48,060 nt of DNA from Chthoniobacter flavus (lineage in GTDB: Bacteria > Verrucomicrobiota > Verrucomicrobiia > Chthoniobacterales > Terrimicrobiaceae). The position numbers were made by a program, and so were the translations under genes. Location of the stretch: positions 40,458 to 88,517 of the forward strand of contig DYRS01000001.1 in NCBI GenBank assembly GCA_020718585.1. Direction: 5' to 3'. Positions within the stretch are counted from its first letter, which is position 1. Each line of letters begins with the position of its first letter. This document shows, piece by piece, positions 32,887-44,356 of the stretch. Below the pieces are notes generated by a model. It did not search any database, was not told the DNA's origin, and saw only the letters and a list, made by a program, of their open reading frames with translations.

Positions 32887-33645
32887 ATGAAATTCTACCT
32901 AGAAGTTTGGCGGCAGAATGGCCCGGACCGCGCGGGCAAGCTCGAGCAATACGAGGCGAACGAAATCCCCGCCGAGGCGTCGTTCCTCGAGATGCTCGAC
33001 ATCGTCAACGAGGATCTCGCCAAGAAGGGGATCGAGCCGATCCAGTTCGACTCCGACTGTCGCGAGGGGATCTGCGGAAACTGCTCGCTCACGATCAATG
33101 GCGTCCCCCACGGCATTGGCCGCGGCACGACCTGCCAGCTCTACATGCGGAAATTCCGCGACGGCCAGATCATCACGATCGAGCCGTTCCGCGCCGACGC
33201 CTTCCCGCTCGAGCGCGACCTCGTCGTCAACCGCGCCGCCTACGACCGGATCATGCAGGCTGGCGGGTTCGTCAGCGAGCGCGCCGGCTCGGCGCCTGAT
33301 GCCAACTCAGTGCCGATCCCGAAAGTCGTCGCCGACCAAGCGATGGACGCGGCCGCGTGCATCGGCTGCGGTGCCTGCGCGGCCGCATGCCCGAATGGCT
33401 CGGCGATGCTCTTTGTTAGCGCGAAGGTTACCCACCTCGGGCTCCTGCCCCAGGGCAAGCCCGAGAACGACCGCCGCGTGCTCAACATGGTCCGCCAGAT
33501 GGACGCCGAAGGGTTCGGCAACTGCTCGAACTACTACGCCTGCGAGGCGGTCTGCCCGGCCGGCATTCCAGCCTCGGTCATCGCCCACATGAACCGCGGA
33601 TTCGCATTCGCATCGATCAAGGAATCCATCGGCGTCACGGTCTAA
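32887..33645 (+). CDS. sdhB: Succinate dehydrogenase / fumarate reductase iron-sulfur subunit
   Basis: The ATG at 32887 gives [12 protein letters not shown]. Cys clusters: [10 protein letters not shown] (2Fe-2S), [12 protein letters not shown] (4Fe-4S), [12 protein letters not shown] (3Fe-4S). Confidence 0.95.
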   Translation: MKFYLEVWRQNGPDRAGKLEQYEANEIPAEASFLEMLDIVNEDLAKKGIEPIQFDSDCREGICGNCSLTINGVPHGIGRGTTCQLYMRKFRDGQIITIEPFRADAFPLERDLVVNRAAYDRIMQAGGFVSERAGSAPDANSVPIPKVVADQAMDAAACIGCGACAAACPNGSAMLFVSAKVTHLGLLPQGKPENDRRVLNMVRQMDAEGFGNCSNYYACEAVCPAGIPASVIAHMNRGFAFASIKESIGVTV

Positions 33646-33715
33646 AACCCTCCGGCACTTTCCGAAGATCAGCCATCCTGACCACGAAGTATGGCTGAGA
33701 ATGCCTGAAAAATGC

Positions 33716-33748
33716 GGAAGATTTATTCAGGTGCTTCCCTGTTTTTTT
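33716..33748 (+). terminator. Terminator-like hairpin plus T7 after sdhB
   Basis: ggaag (33716-33720) pairs with cttcc (33734-33738), followed by cctgTTTTTTT (T7 at 33742-33748). An alternative stem is cctgaa/ttcagg. Confidence 0.5.
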
Positions 33749-33758
33749 GGGAATGATC

Positions 33759-33787
33759 TTGCAAGCACCGAGTGGGCACCCTACAAA
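33759..33787 (+). promoter_or_regulatory. Sigma-70-like promoter for rplS (TTGCAA-17-TACAAA)
   Basis: ttgcaa at 33759-33764, an exact 17-nt spacer, and tacaaa at 33782-33787. It lies 25 nt upstream of the rplS ATG. Confidence 0.45.
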
Positions 33788-33811
33788 CGACAGATTACAG
33801 TTTTTCAAGCC

Positions 33812-34168
33812 ATGAGCATCATTGATCAGATCGAAAGCGAGCAGTTGAAGAAGGACGTCACCGCATTCAAAGTCGGCGACACGGTGAAAGTTCACACCCG
33901 GGTCGTCGAGGGGGACAAGGAGCGGATTCAGATTTATTCCGGCATCGTCATCGGACGCAAGGGTGTCGGCTTGAACGCAAATTTCACCGTTCGCCGGGTT
34001 TCCTACGGCGAGGGAGTCGAGCGGGTTTTTCCGCTGCACTCGCCGCGCATTGCCAAAATCGAGATTGATCGCAAGGGCGCGGTGCGTCGCTCGAAGCTGA
34101 ACTTCCTCCGCAGCCGCAAGGGCAAATCCGCCACGACGGTCAAGGAGAAGACAGACCGCTCGTCCTAG
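33812..34168 (+). CDS. rplS: 50S ribosomal protein L19
   Basis: [51 protein letters not shown]. The ATG is at 33812; the track ORF starts earlier at 33701. Confidence 0.95.
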   Translation: MSIIDQIESEQLKKDVTAFKVGDTVKVHTRVVEGDKERIQIYSGIVIGRKGVGLNANFTVRRVSYGEGVERVFPLHSPRIAKIEIDRKGAVRRSKLNFLRSRKGKSATTVKEKTDRSS

Positions 34169-34285
34169 CCCGGATATCCCGCGACCATGGCGGGGGGGGG
34201 CCTGTGCCCGGCCGGTCCCGGTCCAAAAGCCGGAGCGCGTCAGATCGATCGCGCGGCTCGCACGTTTCCGTTTTTCGTCAACTCA

Positions 34286-34900
34286 ATGCCCTGCTCGCTC
34301 CGCCCGGAACTCGAACTGATGGCGCGCGGGATTTTTCCGGTGGCCGGGATTGACGAGGCCGGGCGCGGTCCGCTCGCCGGCCCGGTCGTTGCCGCCGCAG
34401 TCGTTCTGCCGCCGGGATTTTTTCTTCCGGGCCTTGACGATTCGAAGAAGCTCAGCCCGCGCAAGCGGGAATCGCTCCATGCGCGGCTGACATCGGATCC
34501 CGACATCCTCTGGGCGTGTGCCCGCTGCGAGCCCGGCGAGATTGACTCCCTGAACATCCTGCGCGCCACCCACCTTGCGATGCGCCGCGCGTTCCTCGCG
34601 CTCGCCGTCCGCCCGCCGCACGCGCTGATTGATGGACTGCCGGTTCCGGATTTTCCGTGCCCCCACACCGCACTGGTCGGCGGGGACGGCCTCAGCCTGA
34701 GCATCGCCGCTGCAAGCGTCATCGCAAAAGTCGAGCGCGACCGGACGATGGACGAACTCGACGCCCAGTTTCCCGAATACGGATTTTGCCGACACAAAGG
34801 CTACCCAACGGCCGAACATCTTGACAGACTCCGCCGGCATGGTCCGACTCCCGTTCATCGCCTCAGTTTTGCGCCGGTTGCGAAATCCGTCCCGGCCTGA
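34286..34900 (+). CDS. rnhB: Ribonuclease HII
   Basis: AGIDEAGRGPLAGPVVAAAVVL, DDSKKLS, SIAAASVIAKVERD, GYPT. An in-frame ATG also exists at 34187. I chose 34286 because it gives the usual distance of about 20 aa to the DEAGRG motif. Confidence 0.88.
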   Translation: MPCSLRPELELMARGIFPVAGIDEAGRGPLAGPVVAAAVVLPPGFFLPGLDDSKKLSPRKRESLHARLTSDPDILWACARCEPGEIDSLNILRATHLAMRRAFLALAVRPPHALIDGLPVPDFPCPHTALVGGDGLSLSIAAASVIAKVERDRTMDELDAQFPEYGFCRHKGYPTAEHLDRLRRHGPTPVHRLSFAPVAKSVPA

Positions 34901-35276
34901 AGCCGGGCACATCCGACTCGGCCGCGAAGGGGAGGCGACCGCCGCACGACACCTCCGGAAATCCGGCTACAAAATCCTCCGCCGGAATTTTCGCGCGCCG
35001 CACGGAGGGGAGGTGGATATCGTCTGCCGCCACGGGAACGAGCTTGTCTTTGTCGAGGTCAAGACCCGTGCAAGCGAGGATTTTGGACGCCCGTTCGGTG
35101 CGGTTGATGCAAAAAAGCGGCGGCTCATCATCCGCGGCGCGATGCACTGGCTGCGTCTGCTCGAAATGCCCGACATCACTTTCCGGTTCGATGTCGTCGA
35201 GGTTGTCGCGTTCCCGGAACCGGAGATCCGCATCATCGAAAATGCATTCCAGCTCGCCGACAGCTACTCGTATTGA
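34839..35276 (+). CDS. yraN: YraN-family (UPF0102) endonuclease-like protein
   Basis: GREGEATAARHLRKSGYKILRRNFRAPHGGEVDIVCRHGNELVFVEVKTR. The track start at 34821 is a TTG; the first ATG is at 34839. It overlaps the rnhB 3' end by 62 nt. The rplS-rnhB-yraN order is conserved synteny. Confidence 0.85.
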   Translation: MVRLPFIASVLRRLRNPSRPEAGHIRLGREGEATAARHLRKSGYKILRRNFRAPHGGEVDIVCRHGNELVFVEVKTRASEDFGRPFGAVDAKKRRLIIRGAMHWLRLLEMPDITFRFDVVEVVAFPEPEIRIIENAFQLADSYSY

Positions 35277-35291
35277 CCGCCAGCAGGCGGG

Positions 35292-35558
35292 TCAGTTCGC
35301 CGACGCTGTCGCTGCGGCAGCCTCGACGTTCACCCGGCGGCCACCGCGGTCGAACTTCACGTTGCCGTCGGTAAGTGCCCAGATCGTGTAGTCGCGCCCG
35401 AGGCCGACGTTGCGGCCGGGCTGGAACTTCGTTCCGCGCTGGCGCAGGATAATGTTGCCGGCAACGACCGACTCGCCGCCGAATTTTTTCACGCCCAGCC
35501 GTTTGCTCTGGCTGTCGCGACCGTTCTTGACGCTTCCCTGTCCTTTTTTATGGGCCAT
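35292..35558 (-). CDS. rpmA: 50S ribosomal protein L27
   Basis: [28 protein letters not shown]. Confidence 0.97.
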   Translation of the reverse strand: MAHKKGQGSVKNGRDSQSKRLGVKKFGGESVVAGNIILRQRGTKFQPGRNVGLGRDYTIWALTDGNVKFDRGGRRVNVEAAAATASAN

Positions 35559-35564
35559 GACGAG

Positions 35565-35882
35565 TTACTTGGTGGAGATGGATTCGATTTTGAGTTTGGT
35601 GAGCTTGCGGCGATGGCCGACCGTCCGGTGGTAGCCTTTGCGGCGGCGGAATTTGAAGGCGATCACCTTGTCGTCCTTGAATTGGTCAACGACCTCGGCG
35701 GTGACCTTCGCGCCCGCCACGAGCGGCTCGCCGATCACCACGTTCGCGCCGTCGGCAACAAGAAGAACCTCCGAAAGCTCGGTCTTCCCGCCGGCTTCGA
35801 CGTCCAACTTTTCCACATCAATCACATCGCCCTCGGCGACGCGATACTGTTTCCCGCCTGTTTGAATCACTGCGTATGCCAT
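35565..35882 (-). CDS. rplU: 50S ribosomal protein L21
   Basis: The ATG at 35882 gives [26 protein letters not shown] (105 aa). It lies directly upstream of rpmA. The track ORF over-extends to 36179, across the tRNA-Leu gene. Confidence 0.95.
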   Translation of the reverse strand: MAYAVIQTGGKQYRVAEGDVIDVEKLDVEAGGKTELSEVLLVADGANVVIGEPLVAGAKVTAEVVDQFKDDKVIAFKFRRRKGYHRTVGHRRKLTKLKIESISTK

Positions 35883-35953
35883 AAAATTCCGTTTCGTTTG
35901 GAGCCGGACAACATGAAGGAAAATAAATCCGCCCGCAAGAGATAATTTCCCCC

Positions 35954-35981
35954 TTGCCAAAGTTTTCGTATCCGGTAGGAT
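35954..35981 (+). promoter_or_regulatory. Candidate promoter for tRNA-Leu (TTGCCA-16-TAGGAT)
   Basis: ttgcca at 35954-35959 and taggat at 35976-35981. The mature tRNA 5' end is at 35997. Confidence 0.35.
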
Positions 35982-35996
35982 TCCGTCCCCGTCATC

Positions 35997-36077
35997 GCTC
36001 GGGTGGTGAAATGGCAGACACGTACGTTTGAGGGGCGTATGCCGTAAGGCATGGGGGTTCAAGTCCCCCCCCGAGCA
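35997..36077 (+). tRNA. tRNA-Leu (anticodon GAG), class II with long variable arm, no encoded CCA
   Basis: gctcggg acceptor pairs with cccgagc. The anticodon stem is tacgt/gcgta with loop ttGAGgg. The variable arm is tgccgtaaggcat and the T-arm is gggggttcaagtccccc. A T7 run follows. Confidence 0.9.
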
Positions 36078-36185
36078 CTTCTTTTTTTCAGAACTCAAAG
36101 GCCCGGGTTCCACCGCCGCCGCTCTCGCATATTCCCGCCGCTGTTCCGGGAGGATCGGACGGTTTTGTGCGAATGTCATAAAAAA

Positions 36186-38192
36186 TCACTCACGGGCGAG
36201 CATTTCGCGGAGGGCGGCAAACGATGCGCCGATGTCCTCGTCGGGGATCGGCTTGTTCATGATCTCCTCGTAGCCCTCGACCAGCACGCCCTCGCCCTCG
36301 ATCTCCTTGAGGAACGGGCTCGGACGGCAATACATCGCGCTCCCGAATTTTGTGCGGTGGAGGCAGTGGGTGATCGTGAGCGACTTCATCGCGCGCGTGA
36401 TCCCGACGTAGAACAGCCGCCGCTCCTCGTCCACCGTTCCCTCGGATTTTGAGCGCTCGTGGGGGAGGATACCATCCTCCGCGCCGACGAGAAAAACATG
36501 GGGGAACTCGAGGCCCTTGGCGGCGTGGAGCGTGATCAGTGTCACGCCCTTTGCATCGTCTTTTTTGTCCTCATCGCGCTCGCGGTCGAGGGTCATCTCA
36601 TCGAGAAATCCTTGAAGCCCGGAGCGCGAACGCTTCTGGTGTTCGGCGAGCGAGCGGAGGATCTCCTTCGCACCGCTTTCGCGGTTGAGTTCCTCCTGCG
36701 GGGTCTTGCACGAGCGCTTGAGATCGTCGAAGTAGCCGGAATCGGCGAGGTAGGCGGAGACGATTCCCGAGGCGTCGGCGCCGGGGGTGAGGAGGTGGAT
36801 CCGTGTGGCGGCGAGATCCTCGGCGAACGCGGCGATCGCCCCGGCCGTCTTGCGCGAGACCTGCTCCGCAAATTCCGGTGCGGTAAGCGTCTCGAAGAGG
36901 CTTCCGTGGGCCTTCGCGCTGTGTTCGAGGGCAAGTTCGACGGTCGTCGCGCCGATCCCTCGCGGCGGGGTGTTGATGATCCGCAGGAGCGCGATGTCGT
37001 CGGAGGGGTTGAGCAGGCAGGCCATCGTCGCCAGCACGTCCTTCACCTCGCGGCGGTCGAAAAAACTTTTTCCACCGACCAGCCGGTAGGGGATGCGGAG
37101 CCGGCGGAGGCATTCCTCGATCATGCGCGACTGGGCGTTCATCCGGTAGGCGATCGCAAAATGCTCCCACGGGATATTCCCCGCCGCGCGCAGCGCGCCG
37201 ATCTCGTTGACCGCGAACTCCGCCTCCTTTTTGTCATCCGGCACGCAGACGACATGCACCGGGTCGCCGCCCTCCTGCGGGCTCCAGAGGTTCTTGCCGC
37301 GGCGGCGCGGGTTGTTTTTGATCAGGCGGTTTGCCGCGCCCAGGATTGCGTTTGTGCTCCGGTAGTTCTGCTCGAGGCGGATGACCTCCGGGTCTTTGAA
37401 ATGCTTTTCAAACTCGAGGATGTTCGAGACCTCGGCACCGCGCCATCCGTAGATGCTCTGGTCGTCGTCGCCGACCACGCAGACGTTTGGAGGCTCGCCG
37501 CTGGCCAGCATGCTCACCAGTCGGAGCTGGAGGTTGTTCGTGTCCTGGAACTCGTCCACCATCATGTGGCGGAACTTCGACCGCCATTTTTCGCGGACCC
37601 CCGGGTGCTCGTCGAGCAGCTTCACCGCTTGGACGAGGAGGTCGTCGAAGTCCATCGCATTGAGCGCGCGGAGCTCGCGGTTGTAGCGGGAATAGACCGC
37701 GCCGATCACCGTTTCCTCGTCGGTGGGGGCGGCCCACCCGTTGTTCTTCGCCTTGCTGATCATACTCTGGGCGACCCCGGGATCGAGCTTCTCGTCGCGC
37801 GCGGTCACCCGGTTGATGAGCTTTTTGATCAGCCCAAGCTGGTCGCCCTGGTCGAAGATGCTGAAGTTGTTTTTGTAGCCGAGCTTGTCGGCGTCGGTGC
37901 GCAAAATCCTCACGCAGAGCGCATGGAACGTGCAGGCGGTGATCTCCGACGCCTTGTCCTTGTCGAGCATCCCGGCGATCCGCTCCTTCATTTCGCGGGC
38001 GGCCTTGTTGGTGAACGTGACCGCGAGGATGTGCGACGGCGGAACTCGCTGCGAGACGAGCCATGTGATCCGCGCGACGATCGTGCGGGTTTTTCCCGTG
38101 CCCGCACCCGCGAGGATCAGGAGCGGCCCGCTCTCGTGCATCGCCGCCCGCTGCTGCTCGGGATTCAGATCCCACATCCGGAATTTGCTCAC
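36186..38192 (-). CDS. uvrD: UvrD/PcrA/Rep-family ATP-dependent DNA helicase
   Basis: LNPEQQRAAMHESGPLLILAGAGTGKTRT (motifs Q/I), MVDEFQDTN (motif II), LEQNYRST and VTLITLHAAKGLEFPHVFLVG. The GTG at 38192 overlaps the purN stop (GTGA). An alternative ATG lies at 38177. The track start at 38363 lies inside purN. Confidence 0.92.
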   Translation of the reverse strand: MSKFRMWDLNPEQQRAAMHESGPLLILAGAGTGKTRTIVARITWLVSQRVPPSHILAVTFTNKAAREMKERIAGMLDKDKASEITACTFHALCVRILRTDADKLGYKNNFSIFDQGDQLGLIKKLINRVTARDEKLDPGVAQSMISKAKNNGWAAPTDEETVIGAVYSRYNRELRALNAMDFDDLLVQAVKLLDEHPGVREKWRSKFRHMMVDEFQDTNNLQLRLVSMLASGEPPNVCVVGDDDQSIYGWRGAEVSNILEFEKHFKDPEVIRLEQNYRSTNAILGAANRLIKNNPRRRGKNLWSPQEGGDPVHVVCVPDDKKEAEFAVNEIGALRAAGNIPWEHFAIAYRMNAQSRMIEECLRRLRIPYRLVGGKSFFDRREVKDVLATMACLLNPSDDIALLRIINTPPRGIGATTVELALEHSAKAHGSLFETLTAPEFAEQVSRKTAGAIAAFAEDLAATRIHLLTPGADASGIVSAYLADSGYFDDLKRSCKTPQEELNRESGAKEILRSLAEHQKRSRSGLQGFLDEMTLDRERDEDKKDDAKGVTLITLHAAKGLEFPHVFLVGAEDGILPHERSKSEGTVDEERRLFYVGITRAMKSLTITHCLHRTKFGSAMYCRPSPFLKEIEGEGVLVEGYEEIMNKPIPDEDIGASFAALREMLARE

Positions 38193-38776
38193 GGCAGCTC
38201 CCTCGAAGCAAATCTCGCGACGACTTCGGGATAGATCCTGTGCTCGGCGACCTGGATCCTCGCGTGCAGGGACTCCGCCGAGTCGCCGGCCAGCACCGGC
38301 ACCTCCGCCTGCGCGATGACCTCGCCGGTATCCATCCCGGCATCCACAAAATGCACCGTGCATCCGGTCTTCGTCACCCCCGCCTCAAGCGCCTGCCGCC
38401 AGGCTTCGAGCCCAGGAAACTCCGGCAGGAGGGCCGGGTGGATATTGATCACACGTCGCGGAAAAGCATCGAGCAGCGGCTGCTTGACCATCCGCATGTA
38501 GCCGGCGAGCACGACGAGTTCCACCCACGCCGCACGCAGCGACTCGACCACGCCAGCCTCGACGGTCGGCGACAGCTTCGTGCGAAACTTAGGCTCGCGG
38601 ATTACCTCGCACGCGATCCCCGCGCCCCGCGCCAAATCCAAAATCCCCGCCCCCGCAACATCGGACATCACGATCACCGGCTCCGCATCAAGCCGTCCGT
38701 CGGCGATCGCCCCGAGGATCGCACAAAAATTCGATCCCTTCCCGGACCCCAGCACCCCAATTTTCAAGCGTCTCAT
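38189..38776 (-). CDS. purN: Phosphoribosylglycinamide formyltransferase
   Basis: 195 aa. KIGVLGSGKGSNF, INIHPALLPEFPG, TGCTVHFVDAGMDTGEVIAQ. Confidence 0.93.
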   Translation of the reverse strand: MRRLKIGVLGSGKGSNFCAILGAIADGRLDAEPVIVMSDVAGAGILDLARGAGIACEVIREPKFRTKLSPTVEAGVVESLRAAWVELVVLAGYMRMVKQPLLDAFPRRVINIHPALLPEFPGLEAWRQALEAGVTKTGCTVHFVDAGMDTGEVIAQAEVPVLAGDSAESLHARIQVAEHRIYPEVVARFASRELP

Positions 38777-38979
38777 ACCGGGGTTGTTTTTTCGGGCGCC
38801 GAGGCGGCGAGTTTGTTGGAAACATGAAGCTCCAGCGGGAAGGATTTCCTGATGGCGATCTGGCGGTAAAAAAGCCTGATAGCCTCAGTTGGCGTTATCC
38901 CCAAGGCATCAAGCACCTTCTCAGTTGCGGCCTTTGTCTCCGGGTCGATTCTTGCATGAACTACTGCGGATTGCGACAT
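38773..38979 (-). CDS. RelB/DinJ-family (ribbon-helix-helix) antitoxin-like protein, no cognate toxin adjacent
   Basis: 68 aa. SAVVHARIDPETKAATEKVLDALGITPTEAIRLFYRQIAIRKSFPLEL matches the DinJ pattern (VxARIDxxLKxxAxxVLxxxGLTxSxAIRxxLxxVAxxxxLPFxL). Its stop overlaps the purN ATG (ATGA at 38773-38776). Confidence 0.75.
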   Translation of the reverse strand: MSQSAVVHARIDPETKAATEKVLDALGITPTEAIRLFYRQIAIRKSFPLELHVSNKLAASAPEKTTPV

Positions 38980-39135
38980 GCCTGACGTGTATCACAGGTG
39001 CAACACATGGCAAGTGGCAATTTTTCTGGCACCAACGGATAGCTTTTGAGGCAAGGCCAGTAGCGGGAAGTTCAAAATGCCAGCAAATCCTGTATTGATG
39101 AGCCTCGCCGTCTATTTTATCCCTCGACGTTCAGG

Positions 39136-40056
39136 CTAAAAGACCCTTGGTTCGCCCTCGCGCAGGAAGCATACCCGGTCGGAGAGATCGAGCGAGTTTG
39201 CGCACTCGACGAGCCGCTGGGGCGGCTCGTGGAGCGGTTCGTAGCTCAGGCGGAACGTCCCGAAGTGCATCGGGATCATCGTCCGCGCGCCCAGCTCGAC
39301 GAACGCCTTGAGTGCCTGCTCGGGGTTCATGTGGACATCGCGCTTCGTTGGCGCGTCGTAGGCACCGATCGGGAGCAGGGCGATCTCGACCGGCAGCCGC
39401 TCGCCGATCTCCCGGAACCCATCGAAATACGCGCTGTCCCCGCAGTGAAAAACCGAGCGTCCGGCGTATTCGATATGGAACCCGCCGAACCCTCGATGGT
39501 TGTCGTGGAGGATCCTCGCCCCCCAGTGACGCGCCGGGGTCAGGGTGATCTTCAGGGGCCCGAGCTCAAACGACTCCCAGCACGCCAACTCCTGGACATG
39601 CCGGAACCCGAGCCCGCCGACCAGCCCGCCGACATGCTCGGGCACCACGACCGGCTGGTCGCTGGCCACCGCGCGCAGGGTCTTCCGATCAAGGTGGTCG
39701 AAATGCGCGTGCGTCACGAGCACGAGATCAATCGCCGGCAGGTCGTGGATCTCCATTCCGGGCTGGCGGAGCCGCTTGATGACCTTCAGCCACTTCGCCC
39801 AGTTCGGATCTATGAGGATGTTCCGCTCGGGGGTCTGGATCAGAAACGACGCATGCCCGATCCACGTGATCGCAATCTGCCCGTCGCCTAGCTCTGGAAA
39901 TTCCGGCTTGAGTTTCTGCCCGTGGCGCCGCGTGAAGAGCGACGGGATCACGACCTCGGAAAGAAAATTCCGCTTGTGCCACCCGCCGCCGAGCTTCATA
40001 TCTACATGGCGGTCTGGACGTCGGGCTTTTCTTTTTGCGAGGAGGCGGTGGACCAT
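39136..40056 (-). CDS. MBL-fold metallo-hydrolase
   Basis: 306 aa with the HxHxDH motif in LVLVTHAHFDHLD. ITWIGHASFLIQT is the typical N-terminal strand. Substrate unknown. Confidence 0.85.
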   Translation of the reverse strand: MVHRLLAKRKARRPDRHVDMKLGGGWHKRNFLSEVVIPSLFTRRHGQKLKPEFPELGDGQIAITWIGHASFLIQTPERNILIDPNWAKWLKVIKRLRQPGMEIHDLPAIDLVLVTHAHFDHLDRKTLRAVASDQPVVVPEHVGGLVGGLGFRHVQELACWESFELGPLKITLTPARHWGARILHDNHRGFGGFHIEYAGRSVFHCGDSAYFDGFREIGERLPVEIALLPIGAYDAPTKRDVHMNPEQALKAFVELGARTMIPMHFGTFRLSYEPLHEPPQRLVECANSLDLSDRVCFLREGEPRVF

Positions 40057-40118
40057 GAGGAAACCTTCCCAAGGCTACCCGCATCCGCCGGGGGAGAACA
40101 TCAAATTGTTCGCTTCCT

Positions 40119-42158
<2,040 letters not shown>

Positions 42159-42166
42159 GTTTTATA

Positions 42167-42194
42167 GAATGCGAAATGTGGAATGCGAAATGTG
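42167..42194. repeat. Perfect 14-nt tandem duplication in the sucC-sucD spacer
   Basis: gaatgcgaaatgtg at 42167-42180 is repeated at 42181-42194. On the coding strand this is CACATTTCGCATTC x2, lying between the sucC stop (42206) and the sucD ATG (42158). Confidence 0.9.
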
Positions 42195-42205
42195 GAGTCC
42201 TCTCA

Positions 42206-43393
42206 TCAGGCAGCTTTGGCAGCGGCGACGACCTTTTCGGCTGCGTCGGCGATGTCGGTGGCGGCGGTGAGCGGGAGCCCGGACTCGGTGAGGAGCTTCC
42301 GTCCGGCCTCGACATTTGTGCCTTCGAGGCGGACGACGAGCGGGACCGGGAGGTTGACCGCCTTGACCGCCTTGATGATCCCTTGGGCGATGGTGTCGCA
42401 CTTCATGATCCCGCCGAAAATATTTACGAGGATCGCTTTCACCCGCTTGTCGGAGAGGAGGATTTTGAACGCCTCGGTGACCTGCTGCTCGGTGGCGCCG
42501 CCGCCGACGTCGAGGAAGTTTGCCGGCTCTCCGCCATGGTGCTTGATGATATCCATCGTGGCCATTGCGAGGCCGGCACCGTTGACGAGGCAGGCGATGT
42601 CGCCGTCGAGGCCGATGTAGCTGATGTTCGATTTTGAGGCCTCAAATTCACGCGGATCCTCCTCCTCGACGTCCCGGTAGGCGACGATCTCGGGATGCCG
42701 GAAGAGCGCGTTGTCATCGAAGTTAAACTTCGCGTCGAGCGCGAGCACGTCGCCGCCTTTGGTAACGACGAGCGGGTTGACCTCGACCATCGAGCAATCG
42801 CAGCGCAGGAACAGCTTGTAGAGGCTGGAGAAGAGCTTGCATGCCATGCGCATCTCGCTCGACGCCATGCCGAGGAGCTTCGCGAGCTTCCGCGTCTGGA
42901 ACGGCAGCAGCCCGAGAAGCGGGTCAACTGCCATGCGCACGATCTTTTCCGGGCTGTGCGCGGCGATCGCCTCGATATCCACCCCGCCCTCGGTGCTCGC
43001 GACGATCACGGGCATCGAGGTTGCGCGGTCAATGAGGATGGCAAAATAGAATTCGCGCGAGATCTCCACCGATTTCGAGACGAGCACCTTGTGGACGACC
43101 CGTCCCTGCGGCCCGGTCTGGTGGGTGACGAGCGTGTGGCCGAGCATCTGCTCGGCGATGTCGCGCGCCTGGTTGGCGGTCTTGCACAGGTGAACTCCGC
43201 CTTGGAATCCGGAGGTGAACGTCCCATTCCCTCGCCCGCCCGCGTGGATCTGCGCCTTCACGACGAGGTTGTTTGTCGCGAGCGCGCGAGCGACTTTTTC
43301 CGCCTCCTCCGGAGTTGAAGCGACTCCGCCGGGTGTGTTTGCAACCCCGAATTTGTCGAGGAGTTCCTTGGCCTGATATTCGTGGATATTCAT
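42206..43393 (-). CDS. sucC: Succinyl-CoA synthetase beta subunit
   Basis: The ATG at 43393 gives [20 protein letters not shown]-grasp plus ligase-CoA domains ([16 protein letters not shown]). The track ORF over-extends to 43480. Confidence 0.97.
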   Translation of the reverse strand: MNIHEYQAKELLDKFGVANTPGGVASTPEEAEKVARALATNNLVVKAQIHAGGRGNGTFTSGFQGGVHLCKTANQARDIAEQMLGHTLVTHQTGPQGRVVHKVLVSKSVEISREFYFAILIDRATSMPVIVASTEGGVDIEAIAAHSPEKIVRMAVDPLLGLLPFQTRKLAKLLGMASSEMRMACKLFSSLYKLFLRCDCSMVEVNPLVVTKGGDVLALDAKFNFDDNALFRHPEIVAYRDVEEEDPREFEASKSNISYIGLDGDIACLVNGAGLAMATMDIIKHHGGEPANFLDVGGGATEQQVTEAFKILLSDKRVKAILVNIFGGIMKCDTIAQGIIKAVKAVNLPVPLVVRLEGTNVEAGRKLLTESGLPLTAATDIADAAEKVVAAAKAA

Positions 43394-43528
43394 CGGGATT
43401 TCGACGGATTTAAGCAAGCGGGCGCGGCTGCCGCAAAAGGAAACTTCAAAATTCTCGGTCGCAGGCACTGCCGGCCGCATGGGGAGGTGCCTGCGGCACT
43501 TGTCAAGCCCGGCCGGATCCGGCGGATG

Positions 43529-44356
43529 TCAGGCCGGAGCGGTGAAGAACGCGCGCTGCTTGGCCGTGATTTTTTTTCCAAGCTTTTCAAGGACGAGAAG
43601 CATGTCCTCCCAGACCTTGCGCTTTTCGGAGAGGGACTGGTTGCGGAGCAGGTAGGCCGGATGGTAGGTGATCATCACCGGGATGCCTTGAAATTCGTGC
43701 CAGCGGCCGCGCAGGTCGCGCAGCGGGGAGGTGAGCCCGAGCAGGCCCTCGGCGGCGACGGCACCGAGGGCGACGATCACGCGCGGCTTCACGAGAGCGA
43801 TCTGCTCGCTCAGCCAGGGCAGGCAGGTCGCCATCTCGGCCGACTTCGGCTTCCGGTTGCCGGAGGCCCCGGACGGCATGTCGGGGCGGCATTTGAGGAC
43901 ATTGGCGATAAAAACATCCTCCCGCTGAAACCCCATCGCCAGGATGATTTTCGTCTGGAGCTGTCCGGCCAGTCCGACAAACGGTTCGCCCTGCTCGTCC
44001 TCGTCGGCCCCGGGTGCCTCGCCGACAAACACCAGATCCGCCTCCGGGTTGCCAACCCCGAAGACAACCTGCGTGCGCGAGGTGACAAGGTGCGGGCACT
44101 TCTCGCACGCGAGAACTGCCGTCCGCAGCGAATCCATCGTCCATCCTTCCGACGGTTCGGGCGCAGGCGCAGGGGCGGATTTTTCAGCCGGTTCGTGGAC
44201 TTGCGCGGACTGCGGCGCGGGCGGGATTGCACGCGCAAGCTGGCGGAGCTTTTCAAGGGCGGCGGACGAGGCTTTTGGCGGGGCTTTGACCCCCTGGCGG
44301 ATCGTTTTTAGCATGGGAATGGCGGCATCGAGCGCGCGGTGCAGGTTGGCGCTCAT
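43529..44356 (-). CDS. Family-4 uracil-DNA glycosylase (4Fe-4S type) with Pro/Ala-rich N-terminal extension
   Basis: [47 protein letters not shown]. About 75 aa of low-complexity sequence precede the catalytic core. The ATG overlaps the rlpA stop (ATGA at 44353-44356). Confidence 0.9.
   Translation of the reverse strand: MSANLHRALDAAIPMLKTIRQGVKAPPKASSAALEKLRQLARAIPPAPQSAQVHEPAEKSAPAPAPEPSEGWTMDSLRTAVLACEKCPHLVTSRTQVVFGVGNPEADLVFVGEAPGADEDEQGEPFVGLAGQLQTKIILAMGFQREDVFIANVLKCRPDMPSGASGNRKPKSAEMATCLPWLSEQIALVKPRVIVALGAVAAEGLLGLTSPLRDLRGRWHEFQGIPVMITYHPAYLLRNQSLSEKRKVWEDMLLVLEKLGKKITAKQRAFFTAPA

Noticed and set aside
43477-43507. Sigma-32-like promoter (cTTGACA-16-CCCCATgc, minus strand) upstream of sucC.
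   Set aside because: The spacer is longer than the canonical 13-15 nt. There is no reason for heat-shock control of sucCD. The region also forms an 8-bp hairpin (gcaggcac/gtgcctgc at 43461-43494), so the match may be fortuitous.
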